From assembly GCF_009914755.1 (NCBI RefSeq), contig NC_060932.1: 64,000 nt of DNA; one strand, 5' to 3'. The notes under the pieces were generated by a model. It was not told where the DNA came from and searched no databases. It was given only the letters and a program-made list of their open reading frames with translations. Made by a program: the position numbers and the translations under genes. The DNA comes from the human T2T-CHM13v2.0 reference genome, Homo sapiens. Shown here piece after piece: positions 1 through 14,116 of this stretch; position 1 is the stretch's first letter; each line of letters opens with the position of its first letter.

Positions 1-20
1 AAAAAAAAAAAAAAAAAAAA
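1..20 (+). repeat. poly(A) tract, probably the tail of a retroelement upstream of the window
   Basis: A20 at the window start. Confidence 0.6.
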
Positions 21-759
21 CAGAAATTTTTCAAAAGCAACAATATAAGAAATGTATTTGTAATTGTGAATAAATAGTATTCTTACATACCAAACAAAGG
101 CACTGTTTTAAGAAGATAAACGGTAACTACAGACACTCTTATTTTAACATCTAAGTAGTACAAACTCCTATACAGTCAAATATGATAGAACATTTACTTT
201 TACATTTTTATAATAAGCATCTAGGCTCTGCCTTTATGGCATTGTAAAGAATGCTGATATAAGAAGAATTAATATAAACACATCAAATTCTAACATCATT
301 CCATCACTGCCTTGCTGATGTTTATTTCACCCCTAGCAGTAGCATTAATTTTTTAGTCATTGAAATGATTATCTAGTTTTGTTTTTAAAAGATTCTTGGT
401 AAATGCTTTGCTATCCATATTTGTCATGTTTCTTAGGTAGTGGTCAACCTATTTAGCGTCAGAGAAGTTGTAAAAAATAGCAAATGTAAATACGGAATGA
501 GAAGAGATCACTGAGAAAATATTGCCTTTTTAAAAATTCATGATGCTATGGGAAATCACAAGGAAGTGAAAGCATTTAGTAGATGAAATGTATCTGTAGT
601 CTTATTTATAAGAACAAAAGGAAAAAGCCTTTATATCTTATCTCATATGTTTTAATATATTTTATATACCTTTGTATGTAAAAAGATTGAAAAGTTTATG
701 AAATTGAGATCGGACACAGATTTGTTAATCAGAGGCTTCAAAGAGGACTTTGTTTATTA

Positions 760-1300
760 TTCATTTGTTTTCTTTTTCACTTATGAAATACTCATTGATG
801 TTGACTGTGTGCCAAGCAAGGTGCTAGATATACAAGAAAAACAAGACAGACATTATTTTTGCCTTGGCCGACATCATATTTCAATGGCACACATACACAG
901 ACATTAAACAAATAAACAAAGAAACAGCATAGTTGCAGATTGGGTGAGTACTCTGAAGTATCTACATAGTGTGCTCTCATAAAACTAACAGCAGGGGTTG
1001 TTAACTATAGAAAGAATGTTACAGAAGCCCTTTTGAAGAATTTAAAGTTAAACTAAAGCCTGAAAAATAATAAGTTATCCATGCAAATTATCAGGGGAAC
1101 AAGGTTCAAGGCAGAGAGAACAGGAAGAGCAAAGATCAAAGTTGTGAAGAACCTGACCTGTTCTTGGAATTGATAGAAGGCTAATCAGCAGTATAAGACC
1201 AAAAATGACTTGATACCTACTGATGGAAAGACAAAACTCACGGCCCTTTCAAGAAGATATGATAAATTTTGAAGATTGTTTTTTGAATTTAAGAAAGGTT
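760..1300 (-). mobile_element. L2 LINE 3' fragment (degenerate)
   Basis: gtgccaagcaaggtgctagatatacaagaaaaacaagacagac...aaacaaataaac resembles the antisense L2 3' end. Confidence 0.6.
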
Positions 1301-1792
1301 TCATTAAGTAGGTCCATATTTTCACATTTCTACTTTTTTAAAATTTAAAATATGCCTTATCAGATATCCAAATGAAGTAAAAAAAAAAAAGGCAAGATGC
1401 AAAGCTGCATCTTCCAGTTTTAGATGCAAAGCTGTACAAGAAACTGAAAGGAATACTTCTCCCAAGGAGGGCAACCAGGTGACTCGGGAAAGAGACAGAA
1501 GGATGCTTATTGTTCAGACCAGCATTTTGTACCATAGTAAATTTTTTATCATATACTTGGATTACATTTGAGAAAGAAAAAAAAAATGTTTCATTATGGA
1601 GACTCAGTCAAAACTTCCTTAATGTCTTTCTGATATCCCTTGGTTTCTTTGAAGATAAAGGAGCATATACCAAAAAGGCTTCAGTGTGAAACAACAGAGA
1701 TGTAATCTCCCCTTTAAAAAGTATACTATTCTATTAGGTATCCTTCAGAATTATCAAAGTAATGTGATTTACTTTTTTTGTATGTGTTAATG

Positions 1793-3236
1793 ATAGGCAA
1801 AGCAATCTTGAACAACAACAACAAAAAAAAACACAAAGCTAGAGGCATTGCATTACCCAACTTCAAACAGACACATAGACAAATGGAACAGAATAGGGAA
1901 CCCAGAAATAAAGCTGCGCACCTACAGCCATGTGATCTTCAGGAGAGTTGACAAAAACAAGCAATGGAGAAAAGACTTCCTACTCAATAAAGGATGCTGG
2001 AAAAATTGGCTAACCATATTCAGAAGAATTAAACTGGATTCCTACCTCTCATTGTAAACAAAAATTAACTTAAGATAGATCAAAGACTTAAATGTAAAAT
2101 GAAAAATTATAAAAATCCTAGAATAAAATTTAAGAAATACTCTTCTAGACATTGGCCTAGGCAAAAAAAATTATGACTAAGTCCTCAAAAGCAAACGCAA
2201 CAAAAATAAAAATTAACAATTAGGACCTAATTAAATTAAAGAGCTCCTGCACAGCAAAAAGAAACTATCAACTGAGTAAACAGACAACCTACAGAATGGG
2301 AGAAAATATTCGCAAACTATGCATCCAACACAGGACTAATACCCAAAACCTTTAAGGAACTCAAACAAATCAACATACAAAAGCCAAATGATCCCATTAA
2401 AAAATAGGCAAAGGACATGAATCGACACTTCTCCAAAGAAGACATACATGTCGCCAACAAACATGAAAAAATACTCATTAACAATAATTTCAGAGAAATG
2501 CAAATCAAAACCACAGTCAAATACCTTCTCACACCAGTCAGAATGCCTGTTATGAAAAACGCAAGTAGAACAGATGATGGCAAGGTTGCAGAGAAAAGGG
2601 AGCACATATACCCTGTTGGTGGGAACGTACATTAGTTCACTCCTTGTGGGAAGCTGCTGGAGATTTCTCAAGGAACTAAAAAAGAACTCCCATTTGACTT
2701 AGCAATCCCATTACTGAGTATATACCCAAGGAAAACAAATAATCCTACCAAAAGGACACATGCACTCATATGTTTATCACAGCATTATTCACTGAGACAA
2801 CAACATAGAATCAACCTAGGTGTCCAATAATGGTGAACTGGATAAAGAAAATGTGGTATATATACCATGGAATACTATGTAGCCATAGAAAAGAATAAAA
2901 TAATGTCCTTTGCAGAAACATGGATGGAGCTGGAGGCCATTTTACTAAGTGAATTAAGACAGAAACAGAAAACAAAATATCACATGTTCTCACTTATAAG
3001 TGGGAGCTAAACATCATTAATACATGGACATAAAGATGAGAAAAATAGACACTGGAAACTCTAAAAGGAAGGAAAGAGAGAGGGGGTTAAGAGTTGAAAA
3101 ACTACTTATTGGGTACTATGTTCGCTATCTTGGCAATGGGTTCAATAAAAACCCAAACCCCAGTATCATGCCATATGTCCACATAACCTGCATAATAAGT
3201 ACCCCTGGGTCTAAAACAAATTTAAAAGAAAAAAAT
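1793..3236 (+). mobile_element. 5'-truncated L1 (L1PB/old L1PA-type): ORF2 C-terminus, 3' UTR and A-rich tail
   Basis: ORF2 remnants HIDKWNRIGNPEIK and [16 protein letters not shown]; 3' UTR ttctcacttataagtgggagctaaac; A-rich end. Confidence 0.95.
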
Positions 3237-3479
3237 TGCTAATAAGCTCCTAATCATACAATACCAACTATTATAATAAATTCAGAAAAATCACAAGTTC
3301 TTCAGCTGCATCATTATGAAATGAGAAGGTAGTAGTAGATGACTTATAGATTCATTGCAGTTCTAATTTGCTGATTTTTGCAATTCATCTATTCATTTAC
3401 CACGTATTTCCTGATTCATAATGTGAAACAACACTGTGCTAGGCATTAAGAAATCAAAGATGTATTTTATGATAGAAAC

Positions 3480-4020
3480 TGGTAGAGTCTCCCAGTATTT
3501 GTTCTCTGCTTTTATAGTTGTAGTATTTTCAGTGGCCAAAGATTGACAGCTAATATAAGACTTTATCTCCCAGCTTCCAAACCAATGTGATGGAAGTGAA
3601 GTATATGTGTTTTGAGTGGAAAAATATGGAAGTGAACTCTAGTCAAATTTGAGATCTTGCACCCATCCCTCACCTTTCCCCTGTTCTCTCACTGGCTGAA
3701 ATATTGATGTAATGAAAAATAATTTTAACTTCATGAAACATAACATAATTTGAACATGAACAAATACACATTTTTCAGATTGGCCAATTTCAGAATGACA
3801 GAAGGGAAAGAAACTGTCCTAGATGACAAGATGGGGGCAACAGTTAAAAGATAGAAGAGGAAAAAGTCAAAGGAGCTATGTCCTGACATTGCGGAGTTGA
3901 CCTGTCAACCGTGAACTGCTTATATCAAATGGATGAAAGAAAACCTATCTTGTTTAAGCTATATGGTTACTTTTGTCCACTTATTTGTTTTGTTTTATGA
4001 ACTTAATTGTATCCTAATAT
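3480..4020. mobile_element. old ERVL/MaLR-type LTR fragment (LTR16/LTR33/MLT1-like)
   Basis: ctcccagcttcc...ccaatgtgatggaagtga and aaacctatcttgtttaagc motifs. Confidence 0.4.
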
Positions 4021-4029
4021 GGGATCTCT

Positions 4030-4560
4030 ACATCCCTTTTATTTCTTTTAAGTCACAATCAAGAGTTAGAGAAACAAGTTAATAAATGATTGCAACATAA
4101 ATCGGCAAGTGATTTAATAATGGTATAAACTGAGTGTTCCAGAAAAGAAGGATCAACTCACTCCAGTAAACATAATGAAGAGAACGTTTACAGAAATAAA
4201 GTGACGTTTAACTGGGCCTTAAAGGATAAATAATAGTTTTCTAGATATAAAAGAAGATAAGGATATTCCTGGAAGAGAAAATAGAATATAAAAACTCCAA
4301 GTCATGACAAGACAAATCTTGCATGGAAACTAGTGAGAAGCTTATTGTGACTGACATTTGAAGTGTATAAGAGGAGAACGGCAAGAGATGTTAAAGCTGG
4401 GTGAGATTCCAAAGACAAATCAGTTTGGTCTTTTTCCCTTAGGTAATGTGGAGCCAGGAAGACTCATAAAACAAGAAAGTGACACCATCAGGTTTGTTTC
4501 TCAGAAAGTAATCAGAAAGACACAGAGATTAGAAAAGGAAGACATGTGGAAACAAGGCTA
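4030..4560 (-). mobile_element. L2 fragment
   Basis: gtgacgtttaactgggccttaaaggataa...aagtgacaccatcaggtttg resembles antisense L2. Confidence 0.5.
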
Positions 4561-5499
4561 ATTTTAACTTTGTGGATTGCATATAACTTGAATAAGAAGA
4601 CATACATTTTTCAGATTGACTGATATAATTATTAAGAATATGCAAAAAAAGCAATCTTAACCATCTTTCTTGCTTATATTATGTTTACATCTTAAAAATA
4701 CTAGTGGATACCTATAAAATGTAATAAAATTGTTATTAACAAAAGTAATCAATATGAATTAAAACTTAATTTATGTATGTTTTACACACATGAATGAATG
4801 TACATATACATATATGTTTATGCATACATGTATATATATATATGTAGAGACAGAGGGAGAAAGATATGTAGATATAATTAGATTTCATGTGCATGTTTAT
4901 ATATGCATATCGTTAATAAGTGAATTTCCAGGAAAAATTTACATATGTTATTATCTGTGTGGGAGTAGAAGACGGAATCAAACTAATAATTTATCTGTTC
5001 TGTCAGATGAGAATTCAAAGAGAAGACCAATTACACTAAGGCCAAATTATACTATTCAATTACACAGGTGAATCAATCCAACTCAACATGTCAAAGCATA
5101 AAAAAATGTTTTAGAAAAGACAGGCAACATACTAAATTTCCCTACCCATTACCTAGAAATAAGTACTACTTGAAAGAGTAAAATGTCATTCTGTCAATAT
5201 TCTTGAGCTTATGAAATTTTTCTCAAGCCCATCCATCAAGGTGCCTTCTACTTCACTCTCAAATACTTTCCTAAAACATATTGTCCTGTGAATTTTCTTT
5301 GAAATGTTTTTGAGTTAAAGAAAATAGGGCAACAGTAAAATAACAATATGCAGAGACTCATCAGTGTCCCCAGTATTTATAATCTAATCTTTTTCTCGCA
5401 TTTTGTTTCATTTTAAAATCTTACTTCTGAATTAGTGTGTGTGATACATAGAATGTGGTTAATGCAGTGGTCTTTTTTTAAAAATCTTGGCTATGTGTT

Positions 5500-5920
5500 C
5501 ATGATATTGTAATGCAAAAATTGAGGGGCACTATGGAGAGAGATGAAGCAGGAAAAGTAGGTTGGAGTAGACCATGCGGAGTTTTTAAACCCACTTAATG
5601 TTTTCGTCTTTATTGATAACAATGGGATGCCAGTGAAGGGTTTTAAGCAGAAGAGTGTTATAATCAGATTTGCATTTCTTAAAAGATCTCTCTGACTCCA
5701 CTTTGGAGAATGAACTGCATGGCGATAAGGAACAGGAAGGGCAGACAGGAAGCTACAACCATAAGCTCTCTGGTAGGGAGAAAATGGTAGCTTCCACTAG
5801 GTTGTGGTAATAGCAGAGAGAAGTGGACTTGTTCTAAAGGTATTTAAAAAGTCATATAGACAAGACTTTGTGAGTCACTAGATAAATTAAGTGAGGAATA
5901 GAGAGAAGTTGAGGATAATA
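5500..5920 (-). mobile_element. L2 fragment
   Basis: gaagggttttaagcagaagagtgttataatcagatttgcatttcttaaaagatc is a typical antisense L2 motif. Confidence 0.65.
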
Positions 5921-5989
5921 TTAATATTGTGCATTAGTATGACAATTGGCTATTCACAAAACTTTTTAAATTATTTCACTAATTTTAAC

Positions 5990-6150
5990 ATTAAGGAAAA
6001 AATGACGATTGTTATTGTCGCTCAGTTTTACAAAGGAGTAAACAGAGACCACGAGAAGTTAAGCAACCTAGCGAGGGTCTTAGGCACTTGTTAATATTTG
6101 GAGTTTATACTTGAACTTAGGAATTCTTTCTGCAATTTCAGGATACTGTT
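5990..6150 (-). mobile_element. MIR fragment
   Basis: cagttttacaaaggagtaaacagagaccacgagaagttaagcaacctagc is the antisense MIR core. Confidence 0.6.
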
Positions 6151-6849
6151 TACTGAAAACCCACCAATCTGATCTTTTATGAGAAGCTAGTCCCTGAAAA
6201 GGCCCTTGGATCAAAGGTGGGTACTAATTTTTCTACTCATCTTTCAATTCCAATCTCTCTGGGCAATGAGCCCAATTGATTTGTTAAGAGCTTCAAAGCA
6301 AAGAAAGACAAGGTCATAAGCCACAAGCATTCAAAAATATGGGGAAAACAAAACAAACCAAAGAAGAAAAAAGAAATAGAGAATCCTCTGTCCCACAGTC
6401 AGCTCTGGAAGGAGTCATAATTGTATACAGTTAAATTATACTTAAAGGTTATGTCACCAAAAATTGTAGAAAGATAACAATAGAAGTGAACTCCTCTCTT
6501 AGCAGTGAGTTCAGATTTCAGTTATTCAAAAGTTTCAGGCATATGGGCCAGTGAGTTTCTTACACAGTAATAAGTGGTAAATATGATAAGCCTTTTTACT
6601 ATTAGCACAATTGTTGACAAATATTTTTGAAATAGTGAATTGACATAAGGGCAAATTGATGCACCAGAAGCCAGCTTGATGAAATTGAGGTGAAAAAGTA
6701 CCTTTGGGTATACCTGGACATATGGTCACAATGCTTCCCCACATTGTCTTACATGGAGTGATAGAGATAAAAGTAATTTTTGTGATAAAGCAAAGAAGGA
6801 AGCAGTTGCCTGAGATAATTTTAGTAATTCTGAAAATATTACCCAATAA

Positions 6850-7050
6850 ACTTATGATCCAGTCTAAAAAATAAAATACAATTAATGCATTTGAAACTAC
6901 TAGTATGTTTCCTGATTTGATCCAATTGCCACCTTATAGAGGTATCACTATTTTGAATTTTGTGTTGAATATTCTCGTTTTTTACACTTTTACTGCATTT
7001 GTATGTATTTCTAAGCAATATGTTTTTTCTGAGTTTTTTTATTTTTAATT
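6850..7050 (-). mobile_element. old L1M (L1ME-like) 3' fragment
   Basis: agaggtatcactattttgaattttgtg...tgtatgtatttctaagcaatatg. Confidence 0.45.
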
Positions 7051-7223
7051 CTATCATAATATACAATCTTCTCTGATTTGCTTATTAAATTCAGTTTCTT
7101 GCAAAATACCCCAAAACAGATCCTAACACAATTGTGTGCTGTGAAATTAGCCCTGAAAATCCACCAACCTAAAGGAATAAGACGACCAAAAAGAATTATG
7201 ATGATGCTTAAGAAACAGCTCTC

Positions 7224-7537
7224 GGCTAGAAGTGGTGGCTCATGCCTGTAATCCCAACACTTTGGGAGGCCGAGATGGACAGATCACCTGAGGTCGGGAG
7301 TTCAAGACCAGCCTGGCCAACATGGTGAAAACCCATCTCTACTAAAAAAAAAAATACAAAAATTAGCCGGGCATGGTGTTGGGTGCCTGTAATTCCAGCT
7401 ACTCAGGAGGCTGAGACAGGGAGAATTGCTTGAACCGGAGAGGCAGAGATTGCAGTGAGCCAAGATCTTGCCACTGCACTCTAGTCTGAGTGACAGAGCA
7501 AGACTCCATGTCAAGGAAAAAAAAAAGAAAAGAAAAA
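7224..7537 (+). mobile_element. AluS element
   Basis: Full dimeric Alu; perfect TSD aagaaacagctctc at 7210-7223 and 7538-7551. Confidence 0.97.
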
Positions 7538-7709
7538 AAGAAACAGCTCTCACCCAGCCAGACATAAATGTATTCCTTGTCTTCCATCTAGCCATAGGCC
7601 ATAGCATGGTCATCCCTTCAACACTGAAACTCCTGGGTAGATAAAGGATTAAATTTGGTCTTTATCAGTGTTGGGAATTGTCTTAAAGGGAATCTAACCT
7701 TCTATAATT

Positions 7710-9757
7710 TGTTTTCTTTTTAAATAATTTCAACTTTTATGTTAGATTTGGGGGTATATGTGCAAGTTTGTTACTTACATGGGTATATTGCATGATGCCA
7801 TGGTTTGAGGTATATGGATCCCATCACCCAGGTAGTGAGCATAGCACTCAACATGCAGTTTTTCAATCCATGCCCCTCTTCTGCACTACCCTCTCTAGTA
7901 GTCCCCTGTGCCTATTGTTTCCATGTTTATATCTGTGTGTACCCAGTGTTTAGCTCCACTTATAAGTGAGAACATGTGGTATTTGCTTTTCTGTTTCTGC
8001 ATTAATTCACTTAGGATAATGGCCTCCAGCTCCATCCATGCTGTGGCAAAAGACATGATTTCATTTTTTATGGCTGCATAATATCCCATGTACCATATTT
8101 TATTTATCCAGTCCACCACTGATTGGCACATAGGTTGACTCTATATCATTGTCTCAGTGAATAACGCTGTGATGAACGTATGAGTGCATGGTCATTTTGG
8201 TAGAAGTATTTGTTTTCTTTTGGATATACACCCAGTAATGAGATTGATTGCTAGATCAAATGGGAGTTCTATTTTTAGTTCCTTCAGAAATCTCCAGGCA
8301 GCTTTCCACAGGGACTGAACTAATTTACATTCCCACAAACAGTGTATAGGAGTTCCCATTTCTCTGCATCCTCACCAGCACCTGTTATTTTTGCCTTTTT
8401 AATGATAGCCATTCTGACTGATGTGAGGTGGTATCTCATTGTGGTTTTGATTTGCATTTCTCTGAAGATCAGTGATGACGAGCATCTTTTTACATGTTTT
8501 TTGGCCACATGTATGTCTTTTACTGAGAAACGCCTATTCATATCCTTTGTCTATTTTTTAGGGTTTATGTGTTTTCTGCATGTTGATTTGTTTAGGTTCC
8601 TTAAATATTCTAGATATTAGACCTTTGTCAGATGTATAGTTTGCGATTATTTTCTCTCATTCTGTAGGTTGTCTGTTTACTCTGTTGATAGTTTCTTTTG
8701 CTGTGCAAAAGAAGCTCTTTAGTTTAATTAGGTTCTAATTGTTAATTTTTATTTTTATTGTGTTTGCTTTTGAGGACTTAGTCATAAATTATTTGCCAAG
8801 GCCAATGTTTAGAAGACTACTTCCTAGTTTTTCTTCTAGGATTTTTATAATTTGAGGTCTTACATTTAAGTCTTTGATCAACTTGAGTTAATTTTTGTAT
8901 GCAGTGAAAGGTAGAAGCCCACTTTTATTCTCCTGCATATGGCTAGCTAGTTATCCCAGCACCATTTACTGAATAGGGAATCTTTTCCCTAGTGTTTGTT
9001 TTGTTTCAACTTTGTTGAAGATCAGTTGGTTTTACGTTATGTGGCTTTGTTTCTAGGTTCTTTATTCCATTCCACTGGTCTATGTTTCTGTATCAGTATC
9101 ATGCTGTTTTGGTTACTGTTGCCCTATGGTATAGTTTGAAGTATGATAATGTGATGCCTCTGGCTTTGTTGTTTTTGCTTGGGATTGCTTAGGCTATTCA
9201 GGCTCCTTTTTAGTTCCATATACATTTTAGAATAGTTTTTATTCTGTGAAAAATGACGTTGGGAGTTTGATAGGAATAGCATGGAATCTGTAAATTGCTT
9301 TGGGCAGTACAGCCATTTAACAATATTGATTATTCCAATCCATGAGGGTGGAATGTTTTTCCATTTATTTGTTTCATCTCTGATTTCTTTCCTCAGTGTT
9401 TTGTAGTTCTCCTTGCAGAGATCTTTTACCTCCTTGGTTAGCTCTATACCTAGATATTTTATATTTTGTGTGGCCATTGTAAATGGGATTGTGGTCTTGA
9501 TTTGACTCTCAGCTTTAATGTTATTGGTGTATAGAGCTGCTACTAATTTTCATACATTGATTTTGTATTCTGAAACTTTATTGAAGTCATTTATTAGTCT
9601 AGAAGCCTTTTGGTGGAGTATTTAGGATTTTGTAGTAGAGGATTATATAATCAGAAAACAAAGATAGTTTGACTTCTTCTTTTCCTATTGGATGCCTTTT
9701 ATTTCTTTCTCTTGCCTGATTTCTCTGGCTAGGACATCAAGTACTATGTTGAATAGG
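7710..9757 (-). mobile_element. 5'-truncated L1 (L1PB/L1PA15-17-type)
   Basis: Minus-strand ORF2 remnants [23 protein letters not shown] and [14 protein letters not shown]; 3' UTR; possible degenerate TSD ggaa(t/c)ctaac at 7689 and 9756. Confidence 0.95.
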
Positions 9758-10099
9758 AACCTAACTTTTGAAAGCCTAAGCAGAGACTTGAGAGAGGAAG
9801 TGGAAGTGGTCTGTTTTTTCTGAGGGCTACTGGGAGCTATCCCTGGTGCTGCCACAAAATCAACCTCTCTAACACCAATTTTCGGCTGTTTGACCTCAGT
9901 AGAACATGACTACTAAGCTGAGCTAAATTAAGCATCAACTGTTTGAGCTAATGAATCTTACTAAAAATTTAACTTCAGTTTTGCAAGTGATTTTCATATG
10001 TTATGTGCTGTGTATCTCCACCACACTTCTTCCTTTCTTGTATTTGAGCACCGCCTCTTTGAGCACCACCACCACCAGCAATACTACAACAACCATATC

Positions 10100-10285
10100 T
10101 CAAAGGCCTCCTATCTCCAGGCACTGGCTTATTATATATACTAACATCTCTCCTGCTAAAAAAGAAAAAAAAACTGTATAATTAATATTATCATTCCATT
10201 TTACAGAGAAGAAGCAGGCTTAAGAGTAGCTAAACCAAAGTTAAAAATCTAAAAGAGTCAGGGCTCTGACTCCAAAGCTTGAATC
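10100..10285 (-). mobile_element. MIR fragment
   Basis: tattatcattccattttacagagaagaagcaggc; ctctgactccaaagc. Confidence 0.55.
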
Positions 10286-10429
10286 ACTCCCCTCCTTCTT
10301 TAATTGTAAACTGCCTGAACCACACTTCTTTCTAGAATCTCTAAAACTCCTGCCTTTTCTTAGAACATGTATATATTAGACTGTATTGTACCATAACACC
10401 ATTAAAAAACTTACTTAAAACAATAACTA

Positions 10430-10635
10430 ATGCATATCAAGTATTTTATACATTCCAAACACTGTTCAAAATATTTGCATGAAATTCTCACAACAATTTC
10501 ATGAAATATAATTTTATACTTTCTCTCATTTCACAGGTCAAAAACTTGAAGCACAGAGTGGGATGTCAGATGCCAAGATTTAAATCTAGTCATTTGATTC
10601 CAGAGCCCACATTCTTAAATAATATGCTACACTGA
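10430..10635 (-). mobile_element. MIR fragment
   Basis: attctcacaacaa...catttcacagg...catttgattccagagcccacattcttaa. Confidence 0.6.
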
Positions 10636-11672
10636 CCTTTATTGTCTTTAAACATTATCTTTATTTAATGTGTTTCATAGAAATTACTTCTCAGGTATTC
10701 CTAAATTTATTTTTAAAAATAATGTCATGCTATCACTATAATATAGTTTTTTAAATTAACTTGAGAGGTAATGTAGTATGATCAACTTCCTTAATGGCCT
10801 TTTAAACTGGAAATAACTATTAAATATTTTAATATTATAAATTAACAGGCAAAATGGTGAAAAATCTAACATCTGGTTCTTAAAAGTAAGTTGAAATATA
10901 AGATCAGATTTGAATGCACATGGAAAAATAGAACTGGCAAATAATGCCATATTTGAAGATCTTTTAGTATTCTCTGGTATTTTTCCTTTCATTTCAAAAT
11001 TGTTATATTCTTTTTAATGACTTCAAATGAATTAGGAAATGTCAGGCTTCTAAAAATCAAACAGAACGTCCAACCAGTAGATTTCATTCAGGGCAGTGGG
11101 AGCCTGTTCGGTTGTTTCCTCTTTCCCCCTCACTTTTAAAAATCCTCAATCACTGCCATTTCTCTTCTCAGCTTTCACAACACTTTACAGGCAGCTGAAT
11201 GAAAGGGCAGAAGCTTCCTCTGAAACTCCTGTTATTTCAGCTCTAAAATCAGCTGAAAAGGATGCCCTCCCCAGAGACAGAAATGCATTCCCTCCATCAT
11301 GAACCTGCAATGCCCTCAGGTTGTGGCAAGGGAGAAGTTTAGCACTTGAACCTAGATAACGCTATTTTTTTAATCAAAGTGCACCATTCTTGTTTCATAT
11401 GGCCTGTGGCACAATTTATTTAAAACAATATGGTGCATCAAAGAAGGTAAACAATAATAACAATAATAATAATATAGGAATAGCAATGTGCACATAAATA
11501 ATATAGGAAAACACATGGCCTCAGTACCTTCATGAAATGGGACTTCAATATACATATTTCTTATACAGCTTTATGCATGACTTCATTGCACTTCACTGCT
11601 CTGTTGTGTCACTCTACCAATAAACCTATACATCATACTGAGTGAAGTATGTTCACAGTCCCTTTACTTGAC

Positions 11673-11699
11673 AAAAAAAAAAAAAAAAAAAAAAAAAAA
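11673..11699 (+). repeat. A27 mononucleotide tract
   Basis: 27 consecutive A. Confidence 0.95.
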
Positions 11700-11930
11700 G
11701 GAGCAGTGTGGTTTAGGAGAATGACCACTGAGCTAGAAGTATGAAGACTAGATAGAACTTGAGTCCCATCCCCAGCACTTTCGGGCTCCCAGATGTTGGG
11801 TGAGTTGTGCATCCTCTTTAAAAATCAGTTTGCAGACCAATGGTACATCTCTGTCCACCTGCTAGAGTTCTTGTGGTAACTAAATAAGGTAATGTATAAG
11901 AAAGCATTCTGAGAAAATGCTACATGTAAA
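11700..11930 (+). mobile_element. MIR
   Basis: gcagtgtggtttagg...ttgagtcccatccccagcactt...taaataaggtaatgtataagaaagca. Confidence 0.55.
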
Positions 11931-14074
11931 AGGGGATTTTTTTTTTCTCATTGTGATTTTTTTACTATGTTTTTACTTTACAAATTTACAAATGTTTACT
12001 TTTCTTGAATTTGCTTACCAGTAAATTAGTTCACTGCTGGCACTTCTTTGTAGTCTATTGCTATGGGAAGTAATATGTTTATCTGAAAATTATGAAGATT
12101 CCTAGAGTTTCTTTACACTTGTTATATTTTAGGGGCAATAAAAAAAGTATATGCTTAAACTTGAATTATGTCTTATTTTTCTTTAGTGCATTATAATTTC
12201 ACATCTAAATACTGGTATGTTTGTACCAAATTAGCAAAGCAAAAATGCAAAATGTTATTAATTGACATTGGTCGTTTTTTTATTTATACCACATCCCCAT
12301 ATCCTATTTATTTGACTATAGATGTCCATCTAATTTAGAAAATCATTATCTAACCTGTTTCATTTTACCAAATTGTCTTTTTTAATAATTTAGGTTTTGA
12401 GTATTTTCTCCTAAGCTTTTGAATCCATGCTTACACAATTGCATTGATATTATTTGAGTCAGAGTGAGTTGTTCAAAGTCTCATATTTGAAATGAGAGGC
12501 TTATTTTAACCAAACATATTGACTTTTAATGCTGTTAGCACTCATTTTTTCAATATATTTTTCTATGACATTCATGATATATAAAAGCATACAAACCTGT
12601 ACAGAATGATAATACTTAAATATTTTCTAAGCGCACATGATCTACATGCCACGTTACAGTTGTAAATTAAAGTCTAGTATGTTGCAGAAATCAGCCTTCC
12701 ATACCATAGTTTTCCTCCCTGAATGAGGCAAGAGTCAGTCAGTAAATATATGTGGTCAACCTCAGATTTGCCTCACTGGGAGTTCACATGTATTTTTAAC
12801 TGCCTTCAATTGTTAATGTATTCCTCAAATGAGATGCATCACCTTGAAGAATGACTTTTTGCCCTCTGGGAATAGGCCAAACAAGTATTTCATTCGCTAT
12901 GATAATCAGTTCTATCTTCAGCAACATATAAACCCAAATTTAATAGGCACTGGTGATTAGGTTTTAAGTCAGAGAGTCATCACTGTCCACTGTGAAAAAT
13001 AATAAGAAAAAATACAAATTATAACGAATTTGCCTTCAGGAGGCCTTGTTAGACATAATGGGACAATACCTATTTCAGGATATAGTGAATAAATGTTTTT
13101 CCTTCTCATTATAGACATTTTTGAGTCACCAATTTTCAGTGATAAGAAAGATTTCCTTTAACTCATGCTAAAGATATCTTAGGCCATTTGTTTTGTCCAC
13201 TTAATGTGTAACAGTCTTGAAAGGGAAAAAGGACTGCTTACCATAAAACACTTATTTAAATCTTTTAAAATGCTTAAAACCATATAGAGCCATTCAAAGC
13301 TATAGATAAATTTAATCTTATCCAAACCTTCCACTGTCAAATTTATCTAAGACTTTTCTTCAACTTAAACTTTGCATTGAAATAAAAAAAGAATTGTACA
13401 TGACATTATGGAAAATAACAAATCAACCCTTAAATCAGCAGCTTAGGTTGTGGACAGTAAATGATACAGTGGTTCCACTTTCTTGGAAATGAGTAGCAGA
13501 AGAAAATGAAGAAAGATACTACTGACAGGGCAAGGATGATGGGAGCAGGCTAGCATTATGAATGATATGTTAAGTGATGGGCTCAGATGGAATCATGGGA
13601 TTGCTGCTGCCTTTTGCAGAAGCTGATTTTCATTCTTATTGTTCACCTCATAAGACTCCAACATATGGAAGGGGGAAGGGAGAGGAACAGCTACGTGCAC
13701 ATGCATTCCCTATACATATACATATTTAGAAATATTGTGAATATTTGTCCAGATATACAGAGTGCTAGGAAAAAAACCTAATGCCAGAAATGTATATCTT
13801 GCCAGCAAGGTTTATTAGTTTTAATATTCATGTATTTTCTCTGCATTTTTCCCTGTGAATTGAAGTGTCATATTCCTTTTTATTTGATAAAGCCAAAGAC
13901 ATATATATTTTCAACGCCAATGTAAGTAAAATAGTAATTCAATACTCTATAATAATATATTGAAAATAATAACACAGAAGCATTATAGGTTGTTTTGATG
14001 TGCTTAAAGATGCATTCTCCATATTTCTTTCTTCAAGCCAATAGACAGTACCTGATTCATTTGGTTGGCCTGCG

Positions 14075-14076
<2 letters not shown>

Positions 14077-14114
<38 letters not shown>
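14077..14114 (+). repeat. (GT)19 microsatellite
   Basis: Perfect dinucleotide run. Confidence 0.97.

Positions 14115-14116
<2 letters not shown>

Noticed and set aside
1848-9477. ORFs with L1 ORF2 similarity (1848-2057, 2417-2635, 8320-8541, 9124-9477)
   Set aside because: They are frameshifted remnants of truncated L1s, not genes.
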